Source: an uncultured Bacilli bacterium (GTDB lineage Bacteria; Bacillota_I; Bacilli_A; RFN20; CAG-826). Taken from it: 64,000 bases of DNA. Positions 45,212 through 55,992 of the stretch are shown here, in pieces. Below the pieces are notes generated by a model that was given only the letters and a program-made list of their open reading frames with translations, was not told the origin of the DNA and did not search any database. The stretch is taken from the NCBI GenBank assembly GCA_944369075.1, contig CALVXK010000003.1, positions 30,876 to 94,875 of the forward strand. Direction: 5' to 3'. A program made the translations under genes and the position numbers. Position 1 is the first letter of the stretch. Every line of letters begins with the position of its first letter.

Positions 45212-46777
45212 TTACTTCTTTTTATCGGCTATATATTGGTGAAAACTTTTAGCCATCATCTTCATTTTAGAGTTATTTAAGAACTTCTCTAGTTCTTCTT
45301 CTTTTAATTTTCTTTCATCAATAACACTAACGGCGTTTGGCCCTTCATAATCACTTACAATATTCGCTTTTATTTTCTTATAATAAGCAAGTTCATCGAT
45401 AACTTCTTGTGTAAATCTTTCACCAGGAACAATTAAAGGGATTCCAGGTGGATAAATCATAATTGTTTCTTTAGCTATTTTATTTAGTGCATTTTGAAGT
45501 TTAACAACTTTAAGTGGAGCTTGATAAGCTTCTCTTGGTGTTAAAACTAATTCTGGGAAATGGCTCATATAACGATGGTTTTCATAAGTTACATTAGGAT
45601 CATAATATTTATCACTAATTTTTCTTAACGCATTACATAAAATAGTTATATCTTTTTCTTTTGAACCAACTGTAAAAAGTAATAAAAATACATAGGTTTC
45701 AGCTAATTCTATTTGAATGTGGAATCGATCTCTCAAAATCTTATATACTTCAAAACCGGTAATCGACAACTTATCAATTTCAACAACTACTTTTGTATCA
45801 TCGTAAGAATAAGCGCCTTTTGTTTTAAAATATTCTTTATCTCTAGCTATAAACCCAGGGATTTTATTTATTTCATCCCTACAAATTTTTGCAAGACGAA
45901 TCGCTTCATTAATATGCTTTTTACCCTCAAAAACTAAGAACTTTCTTGCACTATCAAGAGAAGCTATTAATAAAGATGATGGGGAAGTCGTTGTTAAAAG
46001 ATTAAACGTTTTAACAACATCATATCTTAAAACTCTTTCTCCTTTAACGAGTAATACAGAGGATTGAGTTAAACTACCACCGGTTTTATGGACCGATAAA
46101 GTAGTCATATCAGCGCCAGCATCCATTGCTGAAATAGGTAATGAATTTGAAAAATAAAAATGGGTTCCGTGAGCTTCATCAACCAAAACTACCATGTGAT
46201 GTAAATGAGCATAATCAACAATCTTTTTTAAATTTGTGGTTGCTCCAAAATAAGTTGGATTAATAATAAAGATAGCTTTAGCATCACTATGAAGATCAAT
46301 GGCCTTTTTCCATTCTTTATAAGAAATTTGATTAACAATTTCTGTTTGCTCATCAATTTCTGGCATTAAAAATATAGGGGTTGCACCACACAAAATTAAA
46401 GCAGAAATTACTGATTTATGAACATTTCTAGGTAGTAAAATTTTATCACCTTCGCTTAGAGTAGACATAAGCATGATAAGATTTCCTTCACTAGATCCAT
46501 TAACTAAGAATTTTGAATAAGAAGCATTAGCTGCCTCAGCAAAAAGATCTTGAGCTTCCTTAATTACTGTCTTAGGATGAGATAAATTATCCATTCCTCT
46601 AGGTGCATTAACATCACTTTTATAAATTGAATCGCCAAATACTTTATTAAAATCTGTTTCGATATTTCCTTGGTGATGACCAGGAACATCGAAGACAGCT
46701 TGTTTTTCTTCCAAATACTTTTTATATGCTTCAAGATATGGGGTCTTGAGTTGTTTTTTGTAATCAATTTTTTTCAT
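45212..46777 (-). CDS. PLP-dependent Orn/Lys/Arg decarboxylase family protein
   Basis: The fold-type I major domain carries the PLP lysine motif LSVHKTGGSL and DEAHG, in 521 aa. Confidence 0.8.
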   Translation of the reverse strand: MKKIDYKKQLKTPYLEAYKKYLEEKQAVFDVPGHHQGNIETDFNKVFGDSIYKSDVNAPRGMDNLSHPKTVIKEAQDLFAEAANASYSKFLVNGSSEGNLIMLMSTLSEGDKILLPRNVHKSVISALILCGATPIFLMPEIDEQTEIVNQISYKEWKKAIDLHSDAKAIFIINPTYFGATTNLKKIVDYAHLHHMVVLVDEAHGTHFYFSNSLPISAMDAGADMTTLSVHKTGGSLTQSSVLLVKGERVLRYDVVKTFNLLTTTSPSSLLIASLDSARKFLVFEGKKHINEAIRLAKICRDEINKIPGFIARDKEYFKTKGAYSYDDTKVVVEIDKLSITGFEVYKILRDRFHIQIELAETYVFLLLFTVGSKEKDITILCNALRKISDKYYDPNVTYENHRYMSHFPELVLTPREAYQAPLKVVKLQNALNKIAKETIMIYPPGIPLIVPGERFTQEVIDELAYYKKIKANIVSDYEGPNAVSVIDERKLKEEELEKFLNNSKMKMMAKSFHQYIADKKK

Positions 46778-46866
46778 TGCCTAATATAATAGATACTTAC
46801 AACGTAAATAACAATAACAAATATACTTATTTAATTATATTTTTATGTATTATAATTTTACATGTT

Positions 46867-47367
46867 ATGAAAATTGTTGTTGTTAGTGATTCACATGGCG
46901 ATTATCAATCATTATTAGATATTGTTAATAAAGAATATGGGACAGATATCTATATTCATTTAGGTGATTATTCAATACCCGATTATTTAATGAGCAATTA
47001 TCTAACTGTTAAAGGAAATAACGATTATGGCAGCGAATTTCCTTTTCAAAGAGATATTACTTTAGGCAAACACAAAAATATTAAAATTCATCTAGAACAT
47101 GGGTTTAATTTCATGTTTTTATTTAATCGTGAAAAATATATAAAAGAAAAAGATTGTGATATATTTTTATTTGGCCATAGCCATAAAAAAGAAGCTTATA
47201 AAGAAGATAAAACTTACGTTTTTAACCCAGGGAGTTTAACTAAGCCTAGAGATGAATCTAGAGGTTCTTATTTAGTGTTGAACATTAAAGAAACACTTGA
47301 AAAGGAAGAAAAATTCGAACTAACTTATGAATTTAAATACTTGGATGATTTAGAAAATCAGAACTAA
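46867..47367 (+). CDS. YfcE/MJ0936-type metallophosphoesterase
   Basis: MKIVVVSDSHGD, GDY, GNND and GHSH motifs are present. The start is trimmed from an upstream TTG to the ATG at 46867. Confidence 0.8.
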   Translation: MKIVVVSDSHGDYQSLLDIVNKEYGTDIYIHLGDYSIPDYLMSNYLTVKGNNDYGSEFPFQRDITLGKHKNIKIHLEHGFNFMFLFNREKYIKEKDCDIFLFGHSHKKEAYKEDKTYVFNPGSLTKPRDESRGSYLVLNIKETLEKEEKFELTYEFKYLDDLENQN

Positions 47368-48625
47368 TACTTTTTACAACTTTCATTGCACTTGAAAAAC
47401 AAAACATCAAATTATAACCACCACATAAGCCATCTGAATCTAAAATTTCACCAATAAAGTATATATTTTTGTTACTTTTTGAATTTAATGATGATAAATC
47501 TAAATTTGAATAAGATACTCCTCCAATAGTAACTTGTGATGATTTAAAATCATCTTCCAAAGCATAATCAATCTTAAAATTTTTTAAATTCTCAAATATA
47601 ACTTTTACTTCATTTTCATTTAATTGTAAGTACTTCTTATTTATATCTAACTTTAAGAACTTAGATAAATATTTAGCTATATTGGTAGAAAAAATACCAA
47701 ATAAGAATAAAGAACCAAGTTGTTTGGTATACTCTAAAAGTTCTTCATACTTATTAATAGTTGGTATTAAATCGAGTGTTAAGGAAATATCTTTAATATT
47801 TTTTACAAAAGATAATCTTTTAATGATTGAATAAATATTAAAAGCAACAATTCCTGAAACATAGTTTTTCTTAAAAATTACTTCGCCAACTTCTTCATAT
47901 TTTACTTCTTTTAACCGTAATTTTGCTTTAATTTTTAATCTTTCGTTTTCAATTTCACTAAAATTATTTTTTACTCTTATAGGTGAAAGCCCTGCATGAG
48001 GCTCTATTACTTTAATACCATGCTTTTTTAAAATACCATATATTGAACCATCACTACCTAAAGATGGAGATGACATTCCACCATTTGCGAAAATTATCTT
48101 GTTAGCTTCAATTGTTCTTTTATCTGTTTTAATTAAGATTAAATCACCTTTTTCTTGATAATCTAAGAATTTTTCTTCTATAGAATAAGTTAAATTTATT
48201 TTAAATTTTTTCGAAGTTGAATTGATATATGAAAAATTATTGTTGATGATGCTTAAAAGTAAATTTAAGGTAGATTTAGCACTTTTTGAATAAGGATAAA
48301 CAAAAGAATCATAGTTTTCTTTAGAAATATCAAGTTTTAAACCGTGTTTTTCAAAATAATCTATGATAGATTGATTATCAAACTCATTATATACATCATA
48401 AGTCTCGCTATTATTATAAGAAAAATCAGTAGTTATTTTATTAGCGATGTTGCACCTTCCATTTCCAGTAGCTAAAAACTTTCTTCCTATCACTTTATTC
48501 TTTTCTAAAACAATAATATCGATTGTCAAATCTTTTAAATTTAGAACATTTTCCTTTAAAAAATTACTTAAAATATATAAATAAAAAATTGCACTTGAAG
48601 AGGCACCAATTAAACAAATTTTCAT
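47333..48625 (-). CDS. HI0933/BaiN-like flavoprotein
   Basis: FLATGNGRCNIANK, ANGGMSSPSLGSDGS and GEILDSDGLCGGYNL motifs are present. The N-terminal dinucleotide loop reads GASSSA, which is atypical. Confidence 0.7.
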   Translation of the reverse strand: MKICLIGASSSAIFYLYILSNFLKENVLNLKDLTIDIIVLEKNKVIGRKFLATGNGRCNIANKITTDFSYNNSETYDVYNEFDNQSIIDYFEKHGLKLDISKENYDSFVYPYSKSAKSTLNLLLSIINNNFSYINSTSKKFKINLTYSIEEKFLDYQEKGDLILIKTDKRTIEANKIIFANGGMSSPSLGSDGSIYGILKKHGIKVIEPHAGLSPIRVKNNFSEIENERLKIKAKLRLKEVKYEEVGEVIFKKNYVSGIVAFNIYSIIKRLSFVKNIKDISLTLDLIPTINKYEELLEYTKQLGSLFLFGIFSTNIAKYLSKFLKLDINKKYLQLNENEVKVIFENLKNFKIDYALEDDFKSSQVTIGGVSYSNLDLSSLNSKSNKNIYFIGEILDSDGLCGGYNLMFCFSSAMKVVKSISSDFLNHPSI

Positions 48626-48691
48626 AAAATTATTATAATGTAAAATAATTCTGTTTTTAAGTTTTAATACTTAATATGATAAAATTTATTC

Positions 48692-49375
48692 ATGGAAAAA
48701 TTTGGACTTGTTATTGCTGTATTTAGCGAAATTAAAGCCTTACTTGACGAAAAAGGGGCTGTTTTAAATCATATTGAAGAAAAACCGTTTAATATTTATG
48801 AATATAAAATTAAGGATGACAAAATTTTATACATAATTCATTCGGGCTGCGGAGAAGAATTTGCATCTATTGCCACAACTTATTTAATTTTAAAATATAA
48901 AGTCACAACCATTTTTAATTACGGGGTTGTTGGCGCGCTTAATCCAAACTTAAAAGAGTGTGATACCTGCTTGATTAATGAAGTTGTTCAACATGATTTT
49001 GATACTGATGATATTGATCATAAAGGGGTTGGTTATCATAGTGAATTCGAAACAAACACTTTTAATTGTGATAATGAACTTATTAAAAAAAGCCTAAAAA
49101 TCGTTGATTTACCAATTTATAGACTTTGTAGTGGGAATAGATTTATTTCAAGTGAAAAAGATAGAAAATATCTTTTTTATACTTTTAAGGGAGATGTTTG
49201 CGATATGGAATTAGTTGGAATTTTAATGACAGCTAAATTATTTAATATCCCGGTTTTATCAATTAAAGGTGTTAGTGATTCTTATCATGCAAATGTTCAA
49301 GATTTTGAAACTTTAGCCTATAAATCAGCTTCAATTGCTGTAAAAATTATTCTTAATATCGTAGAAAATATATAG
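48692..49375 (+). CDS. PNP_UDP_1-family nucleosidase (MTA/SAH nucleosidase-like)
   Basis: An MtnN-like layout is present: NYGVVGAL, QHDFD, SGNRFISS, DMELVG and the C-terminal VSDS. Confidence 0.6.
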   Translation: MEKFGLVIAVFSEIKALLDEKGAVLNHIEEKPFNIYEYKIKDDKILYIIHSGCGEEFASIATTYLILKYKVTTIFNYGVVGALNPNLKECDTCLINEVVQHDFDTDDIDHKGVGYHSEFETNTFNCDNELIKKSLKIVDLPIYRLCSGNRFISSEKDRKYLFYTFKGDVCDMELVGILMTAKLFNIPVLSIKGVSDSYHANVQDFETLAYKSASIAVKIILNIVENI

Positions 49376-49424
49376 TTCTATTATTAGAAATTAAGACTAA
49401 GATTTTACTTATAATTAGATAACA

Positions 49425-49454
49425 AAAAAAGGTCACGATTTGTGACCTTTTTAA
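49425..49454. terminator. Bidirectional intrinsic terminator (nucleosidase / tuf convergence)
   Basis: AAAAAAAGGTCAC-gattt-GTGACCTTTTT. Confidence 0.85.
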
Positions 49455-49474
49455 AATTGATGTTATTCAGCTAA

Positions 49475-50659
49475 CTATTTTAAGATTTCGCTAACTGTAC
49501 CAGCACCGACTGTTCTACCACCTTCACGGATGGAGAATTTAGTACCTTTTTCAATAGCAACTGGGTGAATTAATTCGACAGTGAAGCTTACGTTATCACC
49601 TGGCATAACCATTGAAATGTCGGATGGTAATGTAATTGTACCGGTAATATCAGTTGTGTGGAAGTAGAATTGTGGTCTGTAATTAGAAACGAAACCAGTA
49701 TGTCTACCACCTTCTTCTTTTGTTAAGACGTAAACTTGGCAAGTGAATTTAGTATGTGGAGTAACTGAGCCTGGTTTTGCTAAGACTTGTCCTCTGACTA
49801 CTTGATCTCTGTTAACACCTCTTAAAAGGATACCAGCGTTATCGCCTGCTTCTGCGAAATCAAGAGTTTTTCTGAACATTTCGATACCAGTAACGACTGA
49901 TTTAATTGTTGGTTTGATACCCACGATTTCAACTTCATCGTTTAATTTAACTTGACCTCTTTCAACTCTACCAGTAACGACTGTACCTCTACCAGTAATT
50001 GTAAGAACGTCTTCGATTGGCATTAAGAATGGTTTATCAACATCTCTGACTGGATCAGGAATGTATGAATCAACAGCATCCATTAATTCCATAATTTGTT
50101 TTTCAGCTTCTGGATCACCATCAAGAGCTTTTCTAGCAGAACCTCTGATGATTGGAGTTGTATCTCCTGGGAAACCATATTTATTTAATAAGTCTCTTAC
50201 ATCCATTTCAACTAAGTCGATTAATTCTGGATCATCGACTAAGTCACATTTATTTAAGAAGACTACGATATAAGGGACACCGACTTGTTTTGCAAGAAGA
50301 ATGTGTTCTCTTGTTTGAGGCATAACACCATCAGTAGCAGCAACAACTAAGATAGCACCATCCATTTGAGCAGCACCAGTAATCATATTTTTAACATAGT
50401 CTGCGTGCCCTGGACAGTCAACGTGTGCGTAGTGTCTTTTTGCTGTTTGATATTCGATGTGAGCAGTATTAATTGTAATACCTCTTGCTTTTTCTTCTGG
50501 TGCAGCATCGATTTGATCGTAATCTTTAACTTCAGATAAGCCTTTTTTACCTAAAACGTGTGTGATAGCAGCTGTTAAGGTTGTTTTACCATGGTCGACG
50601 TGGCCAATGGTACCAATATTCATATGAACCTTACTTCTATCAAATTTTTGTTTTGCCAT
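49475..50659 (-). CDS. tuf: Elongation factor Tu
   Basis: [14 protein letters not shown] and NKCD motifs are present, in 394 aa. Confidence 0.98.
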   Translation of the reverse strand: MAKQKFDRSKVHMNIGTIGHVDHGKTTLTAAITHVLGKKGLSEVKDYDQIDAAPEEKARGITINTAHIEYQTAKRHYAHVDCPGHADYVKNMITGAAQMDGAILVVAATDGVMPQTREHILLAKQVGVPYIVVFLNKCDLVDDPELIDLVEMDVRDLLNKYGFPGDTTPIIRGSARKALDGDPEAEKQIMELMDAVDSYIPDPVRDVDKPFLMPIEDVLTITGRGTVVTGRVERGQVKLNDEVEIVGIKPTIKSVVTGIEMFRKTLDFAEAGDNAGILLRGVNRDQVVRGQVLAKPGSVTPHTKFTCQVYVLTKEEGGRHTGFVSNYRPQFYFHTTDITGTITLPSDISMVMPGDNVSFTVELIHPVAIEKGTKFSIREGGRTVGAGTVSEILK

Positions 50660-50805
50660 AAGTATTCATTTCCTCCTAATGATATCTTGCTTTTGCAATG
50701 ATATTATTTTATAGCATTTATATCAACATATCAATAAATTACTTATAGTAAACTACTTGTAATTTATTGACAAAATTGACTTTTAAATTGATTTTTCTGA
50801 GCTAA

Positions 50806-52878
50806 TTAACGGCCGCTCATGCCTGAATTTTTAACAATTTCTTCTTGAATGAATTTTGGACATTCTCCGAAATGGTCAAATTCCATTGTATAGCTTCCTC
50901 TACCTTGTGTGAAGCTTCTTAAATCAGTGACATAGCCAAACATTTCTGCAAGTGGTACTTCTGCGTCAATAATCTTAGCATTACCTCTTTGAGATTCGCC
51001 TGTCATTTGACCTCTTCTTCTAGAAATATCACCAATAACATCACCGTAGTAGTTTTCTGGAACTGTAATTTCTACCTTCATAATTGGTTCAAGAATTACA
51101 GGTGAACATTTCTTAGCAGCTTCTTTTAATGCCATAGAAGCAGCAATCTTATAAGCAGCTTCAGATGAGTCGACATCGTGGTAAGAACCATCATGTAAAG
51201 TAGCTTTAATATCAATTACAGGATAACCAGCGATTAAGCCTCTTTGTAATGCATCTTCAAGACCGTCTTGTGTAGGTTTGATATATTCTTTTGGAATAAC
51301 ACCACCGACAATACCATTAACGAATTCAAATCCTTTTCCTGGGTTTGGTTCGAATTTAATAACAACGTGACCGTATTGTCCTCTACCACCAGATTGTCTA
51401 ATGTATTTACCTTCACAATCTCCGGCAGCTTTAATTGTTTCTCTATAACCGACTTGTGGTTTACCAACGTTAACTTGGACACCAAATTCTCTCTTTAATC
51501 TATCAACAATAATATCGAGGTGTAATTCACCAACACCAGCAATAATTGTTTGACCACTTTCTTCAGAAGTATGAACTTTGAATGTTGGGTCTTCTTCAGC
51601 GAGTTTAGAAAGAGCAATTGCCATCTTTTCTTGGTCAGCTTTTGTTTTTGGTTCAACAGCTTCTTCGATGACAGGTTCTGGGAATTCCATCTTTTCTAAC
51701 ATAACGAAGTTATTTTCGTCACAAATAGTTTCCCCAGTAGTTGTATTTTTTAAACCGATGATAGCACCGATTTCGCCAGCGTGAAGAGCTTCAACTTCTT
51801 CTCTATGGTTAGCGTGCATTAAGACTAATCTACCAATTCTTTCTTTAGAATTCTTGTTTGAATTTAAAACGTATGATCCTGATTTCAAGACACCGCTATA
51901 AACTCTAACGTAAGCTAATCTACCAATGAATGGGTCGGTTGCAATCTTAAATACTAAGCCAACGAATGGACTATTATCATCTGCTTTGCATTCAACTTGG
52001 TTACCATTTTTATCATATCCTTTAGCACCAGGAATATCGAGTGGTGAAGGAAGATAATCAATAACACCATCAAGTAATAATTGAATACCTTTATTTTTAT
52101 AAGCAGAACCACAGAAAACAGGGTGGAATGTACCTGCGATAGTTGCTTTTCTAATAACAGCTTTGATTTCTTCTACTGTTGGTTCTTCGCCATCTAAGAC
52201 TTTCATCATTAAATCATCATCAAAAGATGCGATTGTTTCTAATAAATCTTGTCTTAATGCTTTGCATTTTTCTAAATATTGTTCGGGAATTGGAACTTCT
52301 TTAGGATTGTCTTTATCTGTAAAATCCCAACCTTGCATATTAATAATATCGATAACCCCAGTTAAAGTTGAAGAAATACCGATAGGATATTGAACAGGTT
52401 TTGCATTAGCACCTAATTTTTCATGTAATGAATCAACACACATATCAAAATCAGCGCCAATAGCATCAAGTTTGTTTACGAAGACAATTCTAGGAACACC
52501 ATATTTGGATCCTTGTCTCCAAACTGTTTCTGTTTGTGGTTCAACACCGTTTTTACCGTCAAGAACTGTGATAGCACCATCAAGAACTCTTAAAGAACGT
52601 TCAACTTCAACAGTAAAGTCGACGTGCCCTGGAGTATCGATGATGTTGAAACGATTGTTCTTCCAGAAACATGTAGTTGCAGCAGATGTAATTGTAATAC
52701 CTCTTTCTTGTTCTTGTACCATCCAGTCCATTGTTGCTGCACCTTCATGGACTTCACCTATCTTATGAATCTTGTGTGTATAATATAAGATACGTTCGGT
52801 AGTTGTAGTTTTACCAGCATCGATGTGAGCCATGATACCGATATTACGAGTGTGATGTAAATCGAATTCTCTTGCCAT
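50806..52878 (-). CDS. fusA: Elongation factor G
   Basis: [17 protein letters not shown] and NKLD motifs are present, in 690 aa. Confidence 0.98.
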   Translation of the reverse strand: MAREFDLHHTRNIGIMAHIDAGKTTTTERILYYTHKIHKIGEVHEGAATMDWMVQEQERGITITSAATTCFWKNNRFNIIDTPGHVDFTVEVERSLRVLDGAITVLDGKNGVEPQTETVWRQGSKYGVPRIVFVNKLDAIGADFDMCVDSLHEKLGANAKPVQYPIGISSTLTGVIDIINMQGWDFTDKDNPKEVPIPEQYLEKCKALRQDLLETIASFDDDLMMKVLDGEEPTVEEIKAVIRKATIAGTFHPVFCGSAYKNKGIQLLLDGVIDYLPSPLDIPGAKGYDKNGNQVECKADDNSPFVGLVFKIATDPFIGRLAYVRVYSGVLKSGSYVLNSNKNSKERIGRLVLMHANHREEVEALHAGEIGAIIGLKNTTTGETICDENNFVMLEKMEFPEPVIEEAVEPKTKADQEKMAIALSKLAEEDPTFKVHTSEESGQTIIAGVGELHLDIIVDRLKREFGVQVNVGKPQVGYRETIKAAGDCEGKYIRQSGGRGQYGHVVIKFEPNPGKGFEFVNGIVGGVIPKEYIKPTQDGLEDALQRGLIAGYPVIDIKATLHDGSYHDVDSSEAAYKIAASMALKEAAKKCSPVILEPIMKVEITVPENYYGDVIGDISRRRGQMTGESQRGNAKIIDAEVPLAEMFGYVTDLRSFTQGRGSYTMEFDHFGECPKFIQEEIVKNSGMSGR

Positions 52879-52962
52879 AATAAATCCCTTAAAATTTCAA
52901 CTTTATAATTGTAATAAAAACAATATTAATTTTTTATTAATTTATGTAAACAATTGTTTAGA

Positions 52963-53433
52963 TTACCATTTATAGTGAGCGTAAGCTTTATTAGCTTCAG
53001 CCATTTTATGGACGTCTTCTCTTTTCTTAACAGAACCACCAGTTCCATTAGCTGCATCGATAATTTCGTTACATAACTTTTCTTCCATGCTCTTTTCTTT
53101 TCTTAATCTAGCATAGGAGACTAACCATCTTAAACCTAAAGTAACTTTTCTTTCTTTAGAAACTTCAGTTGGTACTTGGTAGTTAGCACCACCAATTCTT
53201 TTTGCCTTTAATTCAACTTCAGGCATAACGTTTTTGATAGCTGTAGCAAATACATCCATTGCAGATTTATTTGTTTTTGCTTCAATCATTTCGAATGATT
53301 TGTATAAAATTCTTTGAGCTGTACCTTTTTTTCCATCTAACATGATTTTGTTAATTAATCTAGTAACTAATTTTGAATTATAGATTGGATCTGGTAAGAC
53401 ATCTCTCTTTGGAATATAACCTTTTCTTGACAT
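52963..53433 (-). CDS. rpsG: 30S ribosomal protein S7
   Basis: MSRKG...[17 protein letters not shown]...AHYKW is present. Confidence 0.97.
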   Translation of the reverse strand: MSRKGYIPKRDVLPDPIYNSKLVTRLINKIMLDGKKGTAQRILYKSFEMIEAKTNKSAMDVFATAIKNVMPEVELKAKRIGGANYQVPTEVSKERKVTLGLRWLVSYARLRKEKSMEEKLCNEIIDAANGTGGSVKKREDVHKMAEANKAYAHYKW

Positions 53434-53456
53434 AATTTATCTCCTCTCTACTTTAA

Positions 53457-53882
53457 TTAGTTGTTATCGTTTCCTTTTGGTTTCTTAGTACCATAAAGGC
53501 TTCTACCTTGTCTTCTCTTTTCAATACCAGCGCAGTCAAGGGTACCTCTAATAATATGGTATCTAACACCTGGGAGGTCTTTAACTCTTCCTCCTCTGAT
53601 CATGACAGTTGAGTGCTCTTGTAAGTTATGACCTTCACCGCCAATATAAGCAGTAACTTCATAGCCGTTTGAGAGCTTAACTCTTGCGTATTTTCTTAAA
53701 GCAGAGTTTGGTTTCTTAGGTGTCATTGTACCAACACGGGTACAAACTCCTCTTTTTTGTGCACTATTTTGATTTGTCTCTTTCTTTGTTAAAGAGTTAT
53801 ATCTTTTTAATAATGCAGGTGCTTTTGATTTGAATGTAGTTTGTGTTCTACCTTCTCTAACTAATTGATTAATAGTTGGCAT
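53457..53882 (-). CDS. rpsL: 30S ribosomal protein S12
   Basis: MPTINQLVR...[10 protein letters not shown] is present. The start is trimmed to the ATG at 53882, behind GGAGGA. Confidence 0.97.
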   Translation of the reverse strand: MPTINQLVREGRTQTTFKSKAPALLKRYNSLTKKETNQNSAQKRGVCTRVGTMTPKKPNSALRKYARVKLSNGYEVTAYIGGEGHNLQEHSTVMIRGGRVKDLPGVRYHIIRGTLDCAGIEKRRQGRSLYGTKKPKGNDNN

Positions 53883-54134
53883 TAATATTTCCTCCAATAT
53901 ACACGATTCCTGGTGTATCAACTATAATATTAAAAAAATAACTTTTCAGTTGCTCGTATATTAAACTAAAAGTAAGAATCAAAGTCAATAACTTTCGTTA
54001 AAATCGAACAAAAACTTGTATAATTATAATCTTATAATATCTAACCACCAACTTTTTGGGTGAAACTAAATTATTTATTTATACTAAAAATTATTATTTT
54101 CTATGAACACATTTCCAAGTGTACCAAAAATGTT

Positions 54135-54165
54135 TAAAAAAGAAAAGCGCTCAAATACGAGCGCA
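54135..54165 (-). terminator. Intrinsic terminator after the ABC transporter operon
   Basis: On the minus strand: GCGCTC-gtattt-GAGCGCT followed by TTTCTTTTTT. Confidence 0.75.
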
Positions 54166-54169
54166 ATCC

Positions 54170-55195
54170 TTATTCTATATGTAAGAATTCTTTGGTTCTT
54201 GCTTTTTTTGGATTTTCAAAAACGTCTTTTGGAGAGCCTTCTTCAACAATATAGCCATTTTCCATAAAAATAACTTTGTTTGAAACATTTTTAGCAAAGT
54301 TCATTTCGTGAGTAACAACAATCATAGTCATTCCTTTGCTAGCAAGATTTTTAATAACTTCAAGTACTTCATTCACCATTTCAGGGTCTAAAGCACTTGT
54401 TGGTTCATCAAATAAAATCATTTCTGGATCCATACAAAGAGCTCTAGCAATGGCAACTCTTTGTTTTTGTCCACCACTAAGTTCACTAATTTTATAATTC
54501 ATTCTATCTTGCATATTAACAGCAGTTAAATGTTTAATAGCAATTGTTTTTGCTTCATCATAACTTCTATGGAGTACTTTTGTTTGAGCAAATATACAAT
54601 TATCTAAAACATTAAAATTATTGAATAAATTAAATGATTGGAAAACCATTGTAACTTTAGATCTCAAATGGTTTAATTCTTTTCCATTAACTACAAAACT
54701 TGGACTATTTTTAATTGCTTCTTCATAAGAAGTTCTATCAAAAAAGTCTTTCTTTAAAATTGGGTGTTTTCTTACTTCTTTAAATTCTTTTTTTGCTACT
54801 TTAATCTTTTCTTTTAATGATTTATCACTTTTATCTTCAATTCTTTTGTTTTGATAAATTGCAAGATTATCTTCAGTTTCTACAAGTTTCTCTTCATAAT
54901 CCTTAAGAGCTTTAGTATATGCTTCATAATCGACATAATCGTCTTTACATTTAGCAATATTAAAATAAGGATTACCATTAAAAGTTAATCTTCCTCTTGT
55001 TGGCTCTTCTAATAAATTTAAACAACGAAGAAATGTCGATTTACCACTACCAGATGGTCCAATGATCGAGATAACATCACCTTTATGAACTTCTAAGGAT
55101 ATATCTCTTAAAACTTCTGTTTTGCCAAAAAATTTAGCGAGATTTTCAACTTTTAATAAACAATTATCTGATGACATAATTAAATTGTTATCCAT
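54170..55195 (-). CDS. Polar amino-acid ABC transporter ATP-binding protein with an internal insertion
   Basis: Walker [10 protein letters not shown], the Q-loop region MVFQSFNLF, the signature LSGGQKQR and Walker [12 protein letters not shown] are present. A charged segment of about 90 aa sits between Walker A and the Q-loop. Confidence 0.85.
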   Translation of the reverse strand: MDNNLIMSSDNCLLKVENLAKFFGKTEVLRDISLEVHKGDVISIIGPSGSGKSTFLRCLNLLEEPTRGRLTFNGNPYFNIAKCKDDYVDYEAYTKALKDYEEKLVETEDNLAIYQNKRIEDKSDKSLKEKIKVAKKEFKEVRKHPILKKDFFDRTSYEEAIKNSPSFVVNGKELNHLRSKVTMVFQSFNLFNNFNVLDNCIFAQTKVLHRSYDEAKTIAIKHLTAVNMQDRMNYKISELSGGQKQRVAIARALCMDPEMILFDEPTSALDPEMVNEVLEVIKNLASKGMTMIVVTHEMNFAKNVSNKVIFMENGYIVEEGSPKDVFENPKKARTKEFLHIE

Positions 55196-55198
55196 AAA

Positions 55199-55987
55199 TT
55201 AAAAACTCTCCTTTTTTCTAGCCCATCTAAATGGATTAAGCGAGAATTTAACTCCATCGAGTTTTTTCTCAACTAATTTTAAAACGCCACTAGCAATTAA
55301 AGTTAAAACAAGATATATGAGTGCAAGTATTAAATATGCTTCTAAGAAAGCAAATGTAGTTGAAGCAATATTCATCATACGGTAATAAAGTTCAGTAACG
55401 GCAATAACATTTAAAACAGATGAATCTTTAATATTAACGATTAATTCATTTCCAATGGTTGGGAGTGCGTTTCTTAATGCTTGAGGGAGAATAATTGAAA
55501 GCGAAGTTCTGGTGCTTGACATACCTAAACTTCTAGCACCCTCAACTTGTCCAACATCAACTCCGTTAAGTCCGCTTCTTACAATTTCACCCATATAAGC
55601 AGCAGTATTTAAGGTAATAACAATTAAACCAGCAATAAACCAACCATTAATATAATCTAATAAAACATTTGGAAAACGAATATCTCCCCAGTTAACTCCT
55701 AAAGCTTGACAACCATACTTAAAGATTAAAGCTTGAACCATCATTGGAGTTCCTCTTAAAACGGTAGAATATATAGTACAAATGCCTTTACATAAACCTT
55801 TTAAGACTTTTATAACTTTTCTATCTGTATCTTTAAATTTTATATTCTTACCATAGGCTAAAAATACACCTAAAATAAGACCAACTAATGTTCCAACGAC
55901 TGCTAGAATTATCGTATCGACAATACCAGCGATTATTAACTCATAATTTTCAGCAATTAAATTCCAGGCTCGACCAAAATCAAACAT
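55199..55987 (-). CDS. Polar amino-acid ABC transporter permease
   Basis: The His/Glu/Gln/Arg-type permease carries an EAA-like loop VEGARSLGMS...ILPQALRNALP. Confidence 0.85.
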   Translation of the reverse strand: MFDFGRAWNLIAENYELIIAGIVDTIILAVVGTLVGLILGVFLAYGKNIKFKDTDRKVIKVLKGLCKGICTIYSTVLRGTPMMVQALIFKYGCQALGVNWGDIRFPNVLLDYINGWFIAGLIVITLNTAAYMGEIVRSGLNGVDVGQVEGARSLGMSSTRTSLSIILPQALRNALPTIGNELIVNIKDSSVLNVIAVTELYYRMMNIASTTFAFLEAYLILALIYLVLTLIASGVLKLVEKKLDGVKFSLNPFRWARKKESF

Positions 55988-55992
55988 ATATA

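Noticed and set aside
47333-47367. The 3' ends of the metallophosphoesterase (+) and the HI0933-like gene (-) overlap convergently by 35 nt.
   Set aside because: This is probably just compact gene packing. I found no conserved hairpin or regulatory motif in the overlap.
53883-54134. The leader and promoter region upstream of rpsL is about 250 bp long. It contains small hairpins, for example ATACAC-caggaatc-GTGTAT just before the RBS, and a TTGACT -35-like element.
   Set aside because: I recognise no structured RNA family here. The -10 candidates have poor spacing (18-19 nt) or a weak hexamer (TTTAAT), and the hairpins are short. I did not call this region as a feature.
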